In this document: positions 63,205 through 64,000 of the stretch, piece after piece
How positions within the stretch are numbered: position 1 is the stretch's first letter
Layout: the number at the start of each line of letters is the position of its first letter
Assembly: GCF_009914755.1 (NCBI RefSeq)
Contig: NC_060937.1
Source of the DNA: the human T2T-CHM13v2.0 reference genome, Homo sapiens
Strand: one strand, 5' to 3'
DNA length: 64,000 nucleotides
Notes under the pieces: generated by a model
What the model was told of the DNA's origin: nothing
What the model saw: the letters and a program-made list of their open reading frames with translations, nothing else
Database searches by the model: none
Position numbers and translations under genes: made by a program

Positions 63205-64000
63205 TCAGCAGGGACTCCCGCCGGCTGCTCCAAGCCACTCTCCCAGCACTCCCTGCTCTATTCTCCTGCAGAACCAAACTGCTTACCGTTCCCCAAATGT
63301 GCTCTGCCGGTTCACACCTCTGTGCCTTTGCATGTTTCCTCAGACTGGAATGCTCAGTCAGTGCAGAGTGGACATGTGTCATGTGTTCTGGCTGCTTAGC
63401 AGGGTTTGAAAACCCTGCCTATGTTCTGGGAATTTCCTAACACAAGAATGAGTCCTGCCTCTCCAAGGCAGATGCCAGAGCAAGCAGGGTACAGGCACAT
63501 GACCCAGCCTCTCTCCATCAGCTGTGTCTACACGAGATACTAACTTAGACATGAGCAATCCAAGGCAGTAGACACAGTGTGGAAGTGATGTATCAGGCAA
63601 TGCTGGTACAGAGGCGCCAGGCTTTGGAGGAGCAATAGTTACCAGGCTGTGGCCCTGGCACAAGAAGAGGCAGCGTCACAAACCGTCATATCCAGAGTTC
63701 TAGAGGGGCAGCGGCGTGGTTTCCATTACAGGCCAGGTCTGCGGTGGGCATAGGGCCTTGTTTCAGGAAACTCTTCATGGCACTTTACCTCCCCATCCAG
63801 AAGAGTCACTCTATATCCTTTTAATCATTTTAATCAATCTCTTTTATGCTTTTGTTGATTACAACTAAGAGTCTGGCTTAGTTGCAACTCTTCCAACCCC
63901 TGTGGTAGGTGATACACCAACCTACATTAATCCTGTTAACAAAAGGCCACTTACTTTGCAAAATCCATGTTGGCATGAAGGTCTCCTGTGGGCCTCCCCT

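Overview
Primate (human-like) intronic/intergenic DNA, very rich in Alu, L1 and LTR elements, with no intact protein-coding gene. It holds three minus-strand pseudogenes nested inside one another. (1) Four exons (159, 141, 74, 144 nt) of a duplicated, unprocessed MRPS31 copy. (2) A full-length processed GOLM2/CASC4 retrocopy (~29878-37251) inserted a few bases into the intron after the 74-nt exon. (3) A processed ESRRA retrocopy (~31289-33980), with a ~650-nt GC-rich leader, inserted in the 3' UTR of the GOLM2 retrocopy. From memory this trio matches human 13q12.11 between TPTE2 and MPHOSPH8 (MRPS31P2/ESRRAP1/GOLM2P1); I cannot verify that here. I found no new protein-coding system. The most interesting signals are structural: insertion sites used twice, a possible fossil ESRRA splice isoform, CpG islands imported by retrocopies, several templated-insertion scars, a twin-primed L1, and a 40-bp tandem repeat rich in ETS motifs. 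Repeat subfamily names, most repeat boundaries and parent-gene comparisons are by eye and from memory.
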